A stretch of 64,000 nucleotides of DNA from Octopus sinensis (taxonomy: Eukaryota), in the NCBI RefSeq assembly GCF_006345805.1, contig NC_043014.1, positions 50,840,001 through 50,904,000 of the forward strand, in the 5' to 3' direction. The translations under genes were made by a program, and so were the position numbers. The notes beneath the pieces were generated by a model, which saw only the letters and a list, made by a program, of their open reading frames with translations, was not told the origin of the DNA and ran no database searches. This document shows, one piece after another, positions 12,931 to 24,860 of this stretch. How positions within the stretch are numbered: position 1 is the first letter of the stretch; every line of letters starts with the position of its first letter.

Positions 12931-13421
12931 GCATGTATGTATGTATGTATGTATGTGTGTATGTATGTATGTATGTATATATGTATGTATGTAAGCATGT
13001 ATGTATGTATGTATGTATGTATGTGTGTATGTATGTATGTATGTATGTATGTATGTATGTATATATGTATGTATGTATGTAAGCATGTATGTAAGTATGT
13101 ATGTATGTATGTATGTATATATGTATGTATGTAAGCATGTATGTATGTATGTATGTATGTATGTGTGTATGTATGTATGTATGTATGTATGTATGTATGT
13201 ATGTATGTATGTAGTATGTATGTATGTAAATATGTATGTATGTAAGCATGTATGTATGTATGTATGTATGTATGTGTGTATGTATGTATGTAAGCATGTA
13301 TGTATGTATGTATGTATGTATGTATGTATGTATGTATGTATGTATGCATGCATGCATGCATGTATGTATGTATGTTGTATGTATGTATGTATGTATGTAT
13401 GTATGTATGTATGTATGTATA
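12530..13421. repeat. ~890-bp interrupted (TATG)n microsatellite with recurring TAAGCATG/TGTG/TATA variants
   Basis: Direct reading; explains the ORFs at 12412-13523. Confidence 0.97.
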
Positions 13422-14203
13422 GTCCATAATGTTTACCCAAATGTTGAAACAGTCAATGAAGAAAGTCCTTCTTCAGAGGTCACAGTTGAAAAATTTTCGA
13501 TGCTTCTTGCAAATTTTCAGTAGTTTTGACTGTTTAAAATGTTGCAAGACGCAACGAAAATTTTATTAAAATAAAAATAAGAAAAAAGTGGAAGTTTTAC
13601 CGGTGAGTGTGTTACATTATAAGGCACAAAAAGAAAATGACTCTCCCCAGACACAACACAATAAGCTTCAACACACGAACTCACATAAAGAATCTTGCAA
13701 ACCAAATCAAAAAATGAAATATATATATGGAAGGGCTTATGGAAGATTGGCTTGATTTAATTTAATCAGGTTAGTTTACCATTAAACAGCGGATGAAACG
13801 GTATACCGTACAAGAAATTACAGGGTAAATGTTTTTTTTAATTTTCTCCTGTTTACGGAATTAATCTTTATTTGCGGTAGAAGCTTTGGCTGTTGTTATT
13901 CTAGTGGGTGAATGGCTATTATGGCCGTCCTTAATTGTTAATGTTGAACTTAAAAATGGTCTATGACTATTTAATTTTTTCCTACTGGCCGCTGGTGGCA
14001 ATAAAATTCTACAAAATTTTCCTTGCCACCCTATATTGATTAATTATGAATTTTTTGGTTAATTCCGTAATGGAATCGACGGCTGATATTTAATTTGCTG
14101 CCGATAAATTTGGCGCGAGTGCGACGATTTGAAAATTTTAGGTCAGATATTGCCTTGGCAAGATTGGGTATGCCTCGTGTAATTATCTGTTCCGACTTGA
14201 GCT

Positions 14204-14310
14204 ATTTCTTGCTGAAGAATCCGAGGGCTTATGGAAGATTGGCTTGATTTAATTTAATCAGGTTAGTTTACCATTAAACAGCGGATGAAACGGTATACCG
14301 TACAAGAAAT
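14204..14310 (+). ncRNA. Type I hammerhead ribozyme, complete array copy 1
   Basis: Stem I ATTTCTTG/CAAGAAAT (8 bp); core CTGAAGA 14212-14218; stem II ATCCG/CGGAT closing a ~58-nt pairable insert; GAAAC 14287-14291; stem III within palindrome ACGGTATACCGT; cleavage triplet GTA 14300-14302. Confidence 0.85.
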
Positions 14311-14696
14311 TACAGGGTAAATGTTTTTTTTAATTTTCTCCTGTTTACGGAATAATCTTTATTTGCGGTAGAAGCTTGGCTGTTATTTCTAGTAGGTGAA
14401 TGGCCTATTATGGCCGTTCCTTAATTGTTAATGTTGAACTTAAAAATGGTCTATGACTATTTAATTTTTTCCTACTGGGCCGCTGGTGGCAATAAAATTC
14501 TACAAAATTTTCCTTGCCACCCTATATTGATTAATTATGAATTTTTTGGTTAATTCCGTAATGGAATCGACGGCTGATATTTATTTGCTGCCGATAAATT
14601 TGGCGCGAGTGCGACGATTTGAAAATTTTAGGTCAGATATTGCCTTGGCAGATTGGGTGGGATGCCTCGTGTAATTATCTGTTCCGACTTGAGCTA

Positions 14697-14799
14697 TTCT
14701 TGCTGAAGAATCCGAGGGCTTATGGAAGATTGGCTTGATTTAATTTAATCAGGTTAGTTTACCATTAAACAGCGGATGAAACGGTATACCGTACAAGAA
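14697..14799 (+). ncRNA. Type I hammerhead ribozyme, complete array copy 2
   Basis: Stem I TTCTTG/CAAGAA; CTGAAGA 14703-14709; ATCCG/CGGAT; GAAAC 14778-14782; GGTATACC; GTA 14791-14793. Confidence 0.83.
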
Positions 14800-15023
14800 A
14801 TTACAGGGTAAATGTTTTTTTTAATTTTCTCCTGTTTACGGAATTAATCTTTATTTGCGGTAGAAGCTTTGGCTGTTATTTCTAGTGGGTGAATGGCCTA
14901 TTATGGCCGTTCCTTAATTGTTAATGTTGAACTTAAAAATGGTCTATGACTATTTAATTTTTTCCTACCGGGCCGCTGGTGGCAATAAAATTCTACAAAA
15001 TTTTCCTTGCCACCCTATATTGA

Positions 15024-15059
<36 letters not shown>

Positions 15060-15302
15060 TTAGAGATAAAAATTTTCCCTGTAAGTTTGAATTTACTCCC
15101 TAATATTATATATATATATACACACACACATATATATATACATAACATAGTTGTGTATGTATGCTTAAATACATACACACACACGCTTTAGTTTTATATT
15201 TATGGACTACCATATTAGTATGGCGATAACCATTAATATCCAGTAACGCTGCCGTAATCTCCTTTAGAGAGACTTAGTAATTTTAATATTTCTATTATAT
15301 AT

Positions 15303-15370
<68 letters not shown>

Positions 15371-16211
15371 TGTGTGTATGCGTGTGTGTGTATCAGTCAT
15401 GACTTAGAGTCTATGAATAACTACTATTATATGGCCTCAGTTCAGTCCCTCCGCCTATCAACATCGGTAAATTTTATCTACAATAGACTCAGATCCAGTA
15501 ATTTAATTTGTGTAGATTTTGTAGAGAGTTTGTGTGTGTGTATTTGTTTGTTTGTGTGATCCATAAACTATCCTACACATTCAAATTCACACTAATACAA
15601 ATTAAGATGATACTTAACCTTGGAGTGCTTATTTGACCTCTTTCTTCGTGTTTCTTACTTACTAACCATTTTATTTCTTCAAACTTTTCTTATTTTTTGA
15701 TATTTTTCTATTTAATTTTTATTCTCTTCTTTTGTCTTTACCACTCATTTCAAATTACATATTAACTTAGGATTCCCAAACGACAATGTTACCTTTATAT
15801 AATGAAGATATCTTCGGCCTGAAGTACGTAACTTGCTGAGCACCCCTCGTTGAATAATTATTACATTATTACATCAGAGAATCTACAAGCCAGGAAACGT
15901 ATGTAGCCGGGATTTTACCATGAACTTTGATTTTTGTTCACATTCATAGCAACACTAATAACAGAAAAAATTTTCAGCTAATCGAACTTCGATTTGGGAA
16001 AAACCCACGACCTTGGGCGATAAGAAATTATTATTGTTCCAGTGCATTGTTATTTTTTTAATGCCTATCACAAACTCCTCGGATTTACAAAAATTATCTA
16101 CGCTTCGATCCTTGTATCTTACAAATATATACACCCCACCCCTACAGCCACACACACATACACAGATACACAGATACGCACATATAAGTATATATATATA
16201 CATATATATAT

Positions 16212-16248
<37 letters not shown>

Positions 16249-16877
16249 CACATACCTATATATATTATTGTCCACATATTTTTGTCGCGTCGCTACAGGA
16301 GAGCGCTACCATGTTATTTTCGTTTTAGCTTGCTTTCATAGTTTTTCAAATCGCTTCTCTCACACTACCTCAGCCTACTATCGGTTCCTTTGTGTCTACA
16401 TCAGTTTAGATTTGTTGTATCGGCGCTAGTACTGTTATTAGTATTATCATTCAAAAGCTGGTACGTAAAGAATAAACAAACCTAATATGGTAGCAGCGCT
16501 ATAATTACAAGCCATAATAATCATTCAGTGTAAATTATTCTGTTGATTTCTTCCTATGATAAAACCTACAATGGTAAACTCGCAGCTGCCAACGCAAATT
16601 GTTTCTCTGCAGCATGTTTTAACAATTCTGGCCGAAATATGTTTGTTTTTCATTTTCTTCAACCGAAACAAGCATTTTCAGCGTCATCGTCACCATGACA
16701 CTGTTACAAATACCAGAAAAATAATAGGCAAACAATACCCGTTCCACAGAGATATGTGTGTGTGGGTGTATGTGTGTGCATCTCTCTCTCTCTCCCTCTC
16801 TCTCTCTCTCTCCCTCTCTCTCTCTCTTTCTCTCTCTCTGTATATGTAAATAAATATATAAATAAATAAATAAAGGA

Positions 16878-16920
<43 letters not shown>

Positions 16921-16921
<1 letters not shown>

Positions 16922-17070
16922 TGGCTGTGTGGTTGTGCTTACCGACTACATGGTTCTGGGTACAGTCCAAGTGCGTAGCACCTTGGGTAAGTGTCTTCTA
17001 CTATAGCCTCGGGCCGACGAAAGCCTTGTGAGTGGATTTGGTACACGGAAACTGAAAGAAGCCCGTCGTA

Positions 17071-17071
<1 letters not shown>
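16921..17071 (+). mobile_element. SINE family A, 5' half only
   Basis: Head and body up to the internal (TA)n; tail absent. Confidence 0.8.
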
Positions 17072-17131
<60 letters not shown>

Positions 17132-17633
17132 CTGTGTGAGTGTGCGCATGTGTGTGTGTATGTATGTATGTATCTGCACATGCGCCTGCACGCAAATATA
17201 TATACACACGCATATGTACACATTTATATTCAAGGAATATCAATTTTGTTAATCGAACATATCTTTTGATATTTTCAATTAATCAACTCTTAAGCGTTCC
17301 AGGAAACCAATGAAAGGATACCGACTCCGTCACTTCCCCCTTGTTTAATATCTACATACCTATATTGAAATGTAAATAACTGTGTGTACTTTTGTTTGTG
17401 TAATAAAGTAAAACTTCGAATCAGGGAAATGGAGTTCTATATTACTGCTCTCAAATTTTGGTGCGAGGCCAGAAATTTTGGGGAGTCGCCTAAGTCGATT
17501 ACATGAACCTCAGTGCTTAACAGGTGCAGATTTTATAAAAGACAGGGACAACCTCAGCGGAATTTGAACTTAGAATGTAAAGACCAACGAAATAATCATT
17601 AGCATTTTGCTCCACCTGCGAACAATTCGTATC

Positions 17634-18222
17634 TATTTATTGCCCACAAGGGGCTAAACATAGAGGAGACAAACAAGGACAGACAAACGGATTAAGTCGA
17701 TTACATCGACCCTAGTGCGTAAATGGTACTTATTTAATCGACCCCGAAAGAATGAAAAGCAAAGTCGACCTCGGTGGAATTTGAACTCAGAACGTAACGG
17801 CAGACGAAATTCCTATTTCTTTACTACCCACAAGGGGTTAACCACAGAGAGGACAAACAAGGACAGACAAACGGATTAAGTCGATTATTTCGACCCCAGT
17901 GCATACCTGGTACTTATTTAATCGACACCGAAAGAATGAAAAGCAAAGTCGACCTCGGCGGAATTTGAACTCAGAACGTAACGGCGACGAAATACCTATT
18001 TCTTTACTACCCACAAGGGGCTAAACACAGAGGGGACAAACAAGGAGAGACATAGGTATTAAGTCGATTACATCGACCGCAGTGCGTCACTGGTACTTAT
18101 TTAATCGTCCCCGAAAGGATGAAAGGCAAAGTCGACCTCGGCGGAATTTGAATTCAGAACGTAACGGCAGACGAAATACCGCAAAGCATTTCGCCCGGCA
18201 TGCTAACGTTTCTGTCAGCTTA
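17634..18222 (-). mobile_element. SINE family C, head plus three tandem ~181-bp units
   Basis: CCCACAAGGGG...AAACACAGAG motif recurs near 17644, 17828 and 18010; single head at about 18175-18222. Confidence 0.88.
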
Positions 18223-18567
18223 CAACCTTAGACATCTATATCATTGATACCTGTTTCGTCGCACTATTACTAATTATCTTTTCAATGAAGTTTTGCGTTC
18301 GATAAACTCATTAAGCCTTTGGAACGTATTAGATTGGGGTATCGCCCACGTTCCCGAAACATTTGTTTCTACAGGCTGAACAACATCCGGATTATTTATC
18401 GGCTTAAAATTCCATTCTAAGTAATTATTGAAGTTAATTATAACAGTGGTTGTAAATACATGTTCACAACACTGAAATTGACGCCATTATGCTTCTTTAA
18501 TTAACCACAGGCATTGCATTCAAAGACGAAACATTTGTCAATTATTTCGCCTTAGTTAAAGAGAAAT

Positions 18568-18823
18568 ATGTCAGGGCGTGGCAGACCCCAGTCCACTTGG
18601 CTGCCGTGATGGAGTACACGACTTCAAAAGTGTTGGAATTGGAAGGTAATGCTGCCAGAGACAACAAAAACTCTCGAATAAACCCCCGCCACTCGCAGTT
18701 GGTTATCCGCAAAGACCAGGAATTGAATACATTGGGTCTGGAGTTACCATTGCACAGTGAGGCGTCTTGCCCAACATCCAGTCCGTCCTTCTATTCCAGA
18801 AGACACAGAAGGCTGCCAAGTAA
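18568..18823 (+). pseudogene. H2A: Histone H2A pseudogene with internal deletion
   Basis: MSGRG, then [49 protein letters not shown], a frameshift, and [25 protein letters not shown]. About 40 codons are missing after the N-terminus, and there is no canonical 3' stem-loop. Confidence 0.92.
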
Positions 18824-19075
18824 AAAAAGGAAATGGAGAAAAAGAAACGAGTCGTGGCCCCAATCTTGCTGTTAAAGCATCAATGAATCCACTGGCCCTT
18901 CATGAAAGTTTTGTCATGGTCCCTATCGTCATTTTGCGATATACTTTTTTTTTCACTTATATTTCATGCCTCTTAAATTCGCAATATCTGTTTTATGGAA
19001 AGAGGAATAATATTTCAATATGAAACTAGTAATCTTCGTCCTGTTCTTTCATATATCATACAACGTTGAAACAGG

Positions 19076-19550
19076 TTGAAACAGCTAAGACTCTACTCCC
19101 TGGAGAGAAGACGGGAGAGGTATGCAGTAATATATGTCTGGAAGATCCTGGAAGGAATTGTGCCAAATTTTGGCATTGTAAGCTACACTAATGCTAGAAC
19201 GGGACGACACTGCATAGTGCCAAAGATCCCAGCAATGCCATCACGCTTCAGGACCAGCTTCGGCAACAGCCTGAGTTTCAAGGGCACACAGCTTTTTAAT
19301 ATTCTCCCAAAGAGTCTGAGGAACTTGCACACAGTAGATGTAGCGGTTTTTAAATCAAAGTTGGACATCTTCCTGTCAAGAGTCCCAGATGAACCTACCT
19401 CACGGCAAGAGGTGCAAATGAGAGTAGCTGTATCAAACTCCATTCTTCACCAAGTGCCACATATTAGACGAGGTTCGTCGTAATAACAGTGTAGCACAAA
19501 ACGGCGGTGCATCAGCATGGCCGCAGCTCTGAGCTGAAACTACAAAAAAA
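19076..19550 (+). mobile_element. 5'-truncated CR1-type LINE 3' end
   Basis: LRLYSLERRRERYAVIYVWKILEGIVPN...QLFNILPKSLRN...FKSKLDIFLSRVPDEP matches the CR1-clade ORF2 C-terminus. The 3' tail GGCGGTGCATCAGCATGGCCGCAGCTCTGAGCTGAAAC is followed by an A-run. Confidence 0.85.
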
Positions 19551-20414
19551 AAGTGACCTTACGCTTTTGTGCAGTATGTATTTTGTTATCATCTCTCTCC
19601 TTTAATGTATATTGATCAATGTGCTCCAACATGGTGCGCTACATTAACAATACATTATGAAGACAATATTTCAGTTTCATTCCTACAGTTTATAAATAAT
19701 TCACTACGTTAATTGTTCTGTGAACGATATTGATAACATATAGCGAAAAGTAGTGGTTTATCTTTCCTGCACCGGAAAATTACTAAATCCATAACCGGTG
19801 AAAATGCACACGTCGTTCATATTTAAAAACTGACGAGTGTTGTCAGAGGCTTAATGTGTTACAGTTCCGATAAATTGATTTCAGTTAAATACACAACATA
19901 AAGATATAATTTTCGGCAGGGTTTCGGACTATACTGATAAAGTTAACTCATACTAGCATTAAAGGGATTTGTATTTCATCACAATATTTCACATTTGTTG
20001 GTCTTCGTCTACGACACCAAGGCAAGTTTTGTTAGGAATAAAGACTATTAACTATTGAAGAATATTTCCATCAGTTTTGGTTCCAAATTTTGTCACAAGG
20101 CCAGTAATATTAATGGAAGAGGAAAGTCGATTATATCGACTCCGGTGTTCGGCTGCTACTTATTTTATTGACACCGAAATGATTAAAAGGCTAATACGAA
20201 CTCGGCGTTATTTGAAGTCAGAACGTATGAACGGGCGACAATGCAGCTAAATATTTTGTCCGGTATGTTATATTTTGCCAGCTCGCTGTCTTATATTTCA
20301 TTAATACTGGTTTCAAATTTTGGCACAAGGCCAGCAATTTCGGTGGACAGGTAAGTCGATTACATCGATCTCAATTCTCACCTTGTCCTTATTTTATCGA
20401 AAGTTGTCATACCG

Positions 20415-20664
20415 ATACCTTAATTTATGGAGCCCGTAAGGACGAAAGGTGAAGTCGACCTCGGCGGGATTTGAACCTAGAACGTAAAGAAGGACTTGAT
20501 AACGCTAAGCAGCTTACCCGGCGTTGTGGGCAATAAAGAAATAAGCAACGTTAGCACGCTGGGTAAACTGCTTAGCGTTATCAAGTCTTTCTTTACGTTC
20601 TAAGTTCAAATCCCGTCGAGGTCGACTTCACCTTTCGTCCTTACTGGCTCCATAAATTAAGTAT
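20415..20664. repeat. Inverted duplication of a SINE-C segment, ~110-bp arms, 31-bp spacer
   Basis: 20415-20524 pairs with 20556-20664; both arms share variants not seen in the other SINE-C copies in the window. Confidence 0.85.
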
Positions 20665-22152
20665 TAATACCAGTTGAGTACTGGGGTCGATGTAATCGAC
20701 TCGTCCCCTCTCCACAAGTTTCAGTCCTTGTGAATATAGTAGAAAGGGTTATTGCAGTAATTCAGTACAGGACATAGTGCAACTACTGTGGATTTTTCGT
20801 ACTGGTAGAATGTATCACAAGCTTGCTTGTGCACTACACCAGTGCACCGATGTACCCCATAACAATAATTTACATCCTATAACCGTGGGACGTGTCCGCC
20901 ATCTTTTTCAACAAAATGTGGAATAATAAATAAATAGATAAAACAAATGAAATAGACAAGAAAAATATGAAATGTAAACTAATTATTCTGATGAATCAAT
21001 AGTTTCGAAGCGATTATCTATCGACTTATTTCTCGTAATTGACTTTGGAGTTTACATTAGAACAACAATTTTAAAGACTTTGCTTTTATTAACATTTTTA
21101 TATAGATTGTTATTTTCTCAACGTGACTTCATCTTTTCTCTCGATTTTAATCTGGGTCTCTTAAGGCTTGTAAATTATTAAGTACATGTAATCATCTGCA
21201 AATATGAGTGGAACATTATTCGTAGTGTATCGGGAAATCGTATTGTTTTGGATTCTGTTTAGAATTAAATTTAACATGAATTTTTCACTTACGTGCTTTC
21301 ATAAAATATGAGATATTTCGGTAAAAAAAAATCGATAATTCCTCCCAGTAGATATTAACTGGTTGCATGGTGTCAGATTTGCAGTAGAATAATGTCATCT
21401 AAATATATTACTCCTTCGAGGTTTAATTTGAATTCAGTTAGATACAAAATTACGGTGCGTCTCTTTTGCGTATGATGCGCTGCAATATTTATTACGGGAG
21501 CCAAAAGAGTCTGCGTAAAATAGATAATATATTAGAAGCATAGCTGCAAGGATATTGTTTATCATAATAAATACACATCTTTGCAGTGTTATGTAAATTA
21601 TGAAATTGTTCACATTGAATTTATTTCGATAATGAATATAATTACAGATCTTTGCCATTAAATGTCTCACAAATAACTTAATTTGGTTCAAAATAGTTAA
21701 TGAAATGCAAGATTCAGTATAAAAATCCATATAATTAATAAATATATTAGAAATCATTTACCTGTCTCTAGGAATTCATGAATGCATAATATTTCCGTAC
21801 ATCATCCTGTAATTCACCTGCACACGTCATCGGAAATTTTACCTGAGGTCATTATCCGTTTCAAGTCCTTCAACAATTTCACCCCATCACCCAAGTGAAC
21901 TAACCAGTGTGAAGCAAGCCCCAGTTTGTCTCAAATTTGCACTACCCCTGGGATTACTTGCTCTTCCAGGGTTCGCACCTCGAAGTAGAATTCTGTTGCC
22001 TCCACTGTTGCCCACTCGATGGCCATTCGCCTACTGGGTTCCCTGACTGCCAGTATATTGTCAGTTCTGCAGAAGGACTTGCCTTCAAAACCTCTACATG
22101 TCATCGTAGGTACATTCACTTATGAATCAGTGAGCTCTTTGTAAATCCCATA

Positions 22153-22553
22153 TCTTTATATATAAAAGTGAGGTTGTGTGCTGTCTGTCTCCTATGATTT
22201 AGATTCCTAACTACTCCCACATTTTGCGGTGCAGTTTAACCAAAACCGGGTATCTTATAGTCGTGATTCATATCGAGCCCTTCTGGATATTAGCGCGCGT
22301 CTACGACGAGTCTACGATTAAAAAAAAAAATTACCATCATTTTTTCCATTTTAATGCATTCTTCGCTATTATATAAGGGAAGTAACTCTCTAAAAATGTC
22401 TACGATGAGTCAACGATTTTTCAAAAAAATTACCATAATTTTTTTTCCATTTTTAATGCATTTTTTTGCTATTTTTTTTGGCTATAACTCTCTAAAAATG
22501 CTTATATAATTATTTCCCTTACAAACCCGAGCAACGCCGGGTGATACTGCTAG
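22153..22553 (+). mobile_element. Non-autonomous Helitron (401 bp)
   Basis: Begins A|TC at 22152/22153 (TCTTTATATATAAAAG) and ends CTAG|T at 22553/22554. Subterminal hairpin CCCGAGCAACGCCGGG at 22526-22541; no TSD. Contains an internal ~99-bp tandem duplication (22299-22497). Confidence 0.8.
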
Positions 22554-23275
22554 TACTTAATAAAACGATAAGAAAAATAGAAAGCAAGCTCATTCAGATT
22601 GCGAAAGAAATATCCACGCAGGAAAATATTTTCTTTGTAACAAGGTGTAAACAAAGGCTATATGTTCCTTCTTTTCCATATGACTTAATGGAAAAGCTTT
22701 CCCTCGTCTGAGGGTTGATTATAACATTGATTAACGCCGGAATTTCCTTGATGTAGAAGCCATAAAGTTAATTGAAAATTAGTTTTGTCGTTTAGAAAAC
22801 CTAATTTTCGAAGTTTCTCCGTTCGATTCCCGATCTTCGATATTATCAACTTAAACTGGGTCTAACGAACATGACTTTTTGATTTATACTAACAATGTTT
22901 TTTTTTTTAATATTTGTTTTTAATTACTTAGAGAAAATGAGATTAGCGCCAACGATACGTGTGAAGACGGCTGTTACTGCAAGGGGGGGGGGATTGACTT
23001 CACACTGGAGTTATGGTTCAAATGACTATAAAAGTGCTCGTACCTAACAGAACACCGGGGCCAGGTGCTCTTATTAAAATCGTTTGTCAGATGAAGTCTA
23101 CTAATCAGTTACGTAGAATAATTAAACTAAACTTAAATGCTATACTATGTGAAAATATACATCAACATTTTCTGACCTCAATTAGTATTGAGATTCTGCA
23201 CTTGTATCCTTGTATCAATCATTCTATTACTATTATTATATTATCTTTTATACGTTTGCGATACTCTCTCTCTCT

Positions 23276-23485
23276 CTTTTTTACTTGTTTCTGTCATTTG
23301 ACTGCGGCCATGCTGGAGAACCGCCTTTAGTCGAGCAACTCGACCCCGGGACTTATTCTTTTGTAAGCCCAGTACTTATTCTATCGGTCTATTTTGCCGA
23401 ATCACTAAGTAACGGGGACATAAACACACCAGCATCGGTTGTCAAGCAATGCTGAGGGACAAACACAGACACACAAACACACACA

Positions 23486-23537
<52 letters not shown>

Positions 23538-23700
23538 TGCGACGGGCTTCTTTCAGTTTCCGTCTACCAAATCCACTCACAAGGCTTTGGTCGACCCGAG
23601 GCTATAGTAGAAGACTCTTGCCCAAGGTGCCACGCAGTGGGACTGAACCCGGAACCATGTGGTTGGTTAGCAAGCTACTTACCACACAGCCATTCCTGCG
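23276..23700 (-). mobile_element. SINE family A, full copy
   Basis: Same head, body and tail as 11161-11580. Confidence 0.9.
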
Positions 23701-23865
23701 TCACCATTTGTAGTCTATTTATTTCCTTGACAGCATAACCGAATGTCTTTCAAAACTTACCTCACCATTTTAAACATGAAGATAGAAATCATATCATGAA
23801 GTATTGGAAAAACACAGTAAACAGATGGGATGTGTTTTATTATAGGTTGACTCAGTCAAGTCTCT

Positions 23866-24250
23866 GGAAGCACTCCGTCGGTTACGACGATGAGGGTTCC
23901 GGTTGATCCGAATCAACGGAACGGCCTGCTCGTGAAATTAGGGTGTAAGTGGCTGAGCACTCCACAGACACGTGTACCCTTAACGTAGTTCTCGGGGATA
24001 TTCAGCGTGACACAGAGAGTGACAAGGCAGGCCCTTTGAAATACAGGTACAACAGAAACAGGAAGTAAGAGCGAGAGAAAGTTGTGGTGAAAGAGTACAG
24101 CAGGGATCACCACCATCCCCTGCCAGAGCCTCGTGGGGCTTTTAGGTGTTTTCGCTCAATAAACACTCACAACGCCCGGTGTGGCAATCGAAACCGCGAT
24201 CCTATGACCGCGAGTCCGCTGCCCTAACCACTGGGCCATTGCGCCTCCAC
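23866..24250 (-). mobile_element. SINE family B (tRNA head) joined to alternative 3' module F
   Basis: Minus-strand head GTGGAGGCGCAATGGCCCAGTGGTTAGGGCAGCGGACTCGCGG...; the 3' part matches stand-alone fragments at 43215-43365 and 41556-41700. Confidence 0.8.
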
Positions 24251-24445
24251 GGTCAATTCTCACATGGGAGGAAACAAAACATTTACAAAACAAACAAAGG
24301 TGTTCCTACATCATCGTCCTACATGTGAGCTATTTAATAGTCAACTCTCCTTTAAATCATGTCGCTCCATGTTTAAGAAAGATGACATATAGACAAGCTA
24401 CTCCAGACCAGAAAATATTTGTTCCAAAAAATTAATACACAATGT

Positions 24446-24605
24446 CGCAGGAGTGGCTGTGTGGTAAGTAGCTTGTGTACCAACCACATGGTTCCGGGTT
24501 CAGTCCCACTGCGTGGCACCTTGGGCGAGTGTCTTCTACTATAGCCTCGGGCCGACCAAAGCTTTATGAGTGGATTTGGTAGACGGAAACTGAAAGAAGC
24601 CCGTC

Positions 24606-24640
<35 letters not shown>

Positions 24641-24860
24641 TGTGTGTGTTTGTCTGTCTGTGTTTGTTCCCCTAGCATTGCTTGACAACCGATGCTGGTG
24701 TGTTTATGTCCCCGTTACTTAGCGGTTCGGCAAAAGGGACCGATAGAATAAGAACTGGGCTACAAAAGAATAAGTCCCGGGTTCGAGTTGCTCGATTAAA
24801 GGCGGTGCTCCAGCATGGCCGCAGTCAAATGACTGAAACAAGTAAAAGAGTAAAAGAGTA
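24446..24860 (+). mobile_element. SINE family A, full copy
   Basis: Same modules on the plus strand. Confidence 0.9.

Larger units (their letters stand above)
13732..15030 (+). repeat. ~491-bp head-to-tail tandem array (~2.6 copies), one hammerhead per unit; retrozyme-like
   Basis: AGGGCTTATGGAAGATTGG recurs at 13732, 14224 and 14715 (periods 492 and 491). Copies differ mainly by 1-nt indels. The array starts after a short (TA) run and ends in (TA)n. Confidence 0.9.

Noticed and set aside
16363-16372. CTACCTCA let-7 seed match
   Set aside because: A single 8-mer is expected by chance and there is no defined 3' UTR.
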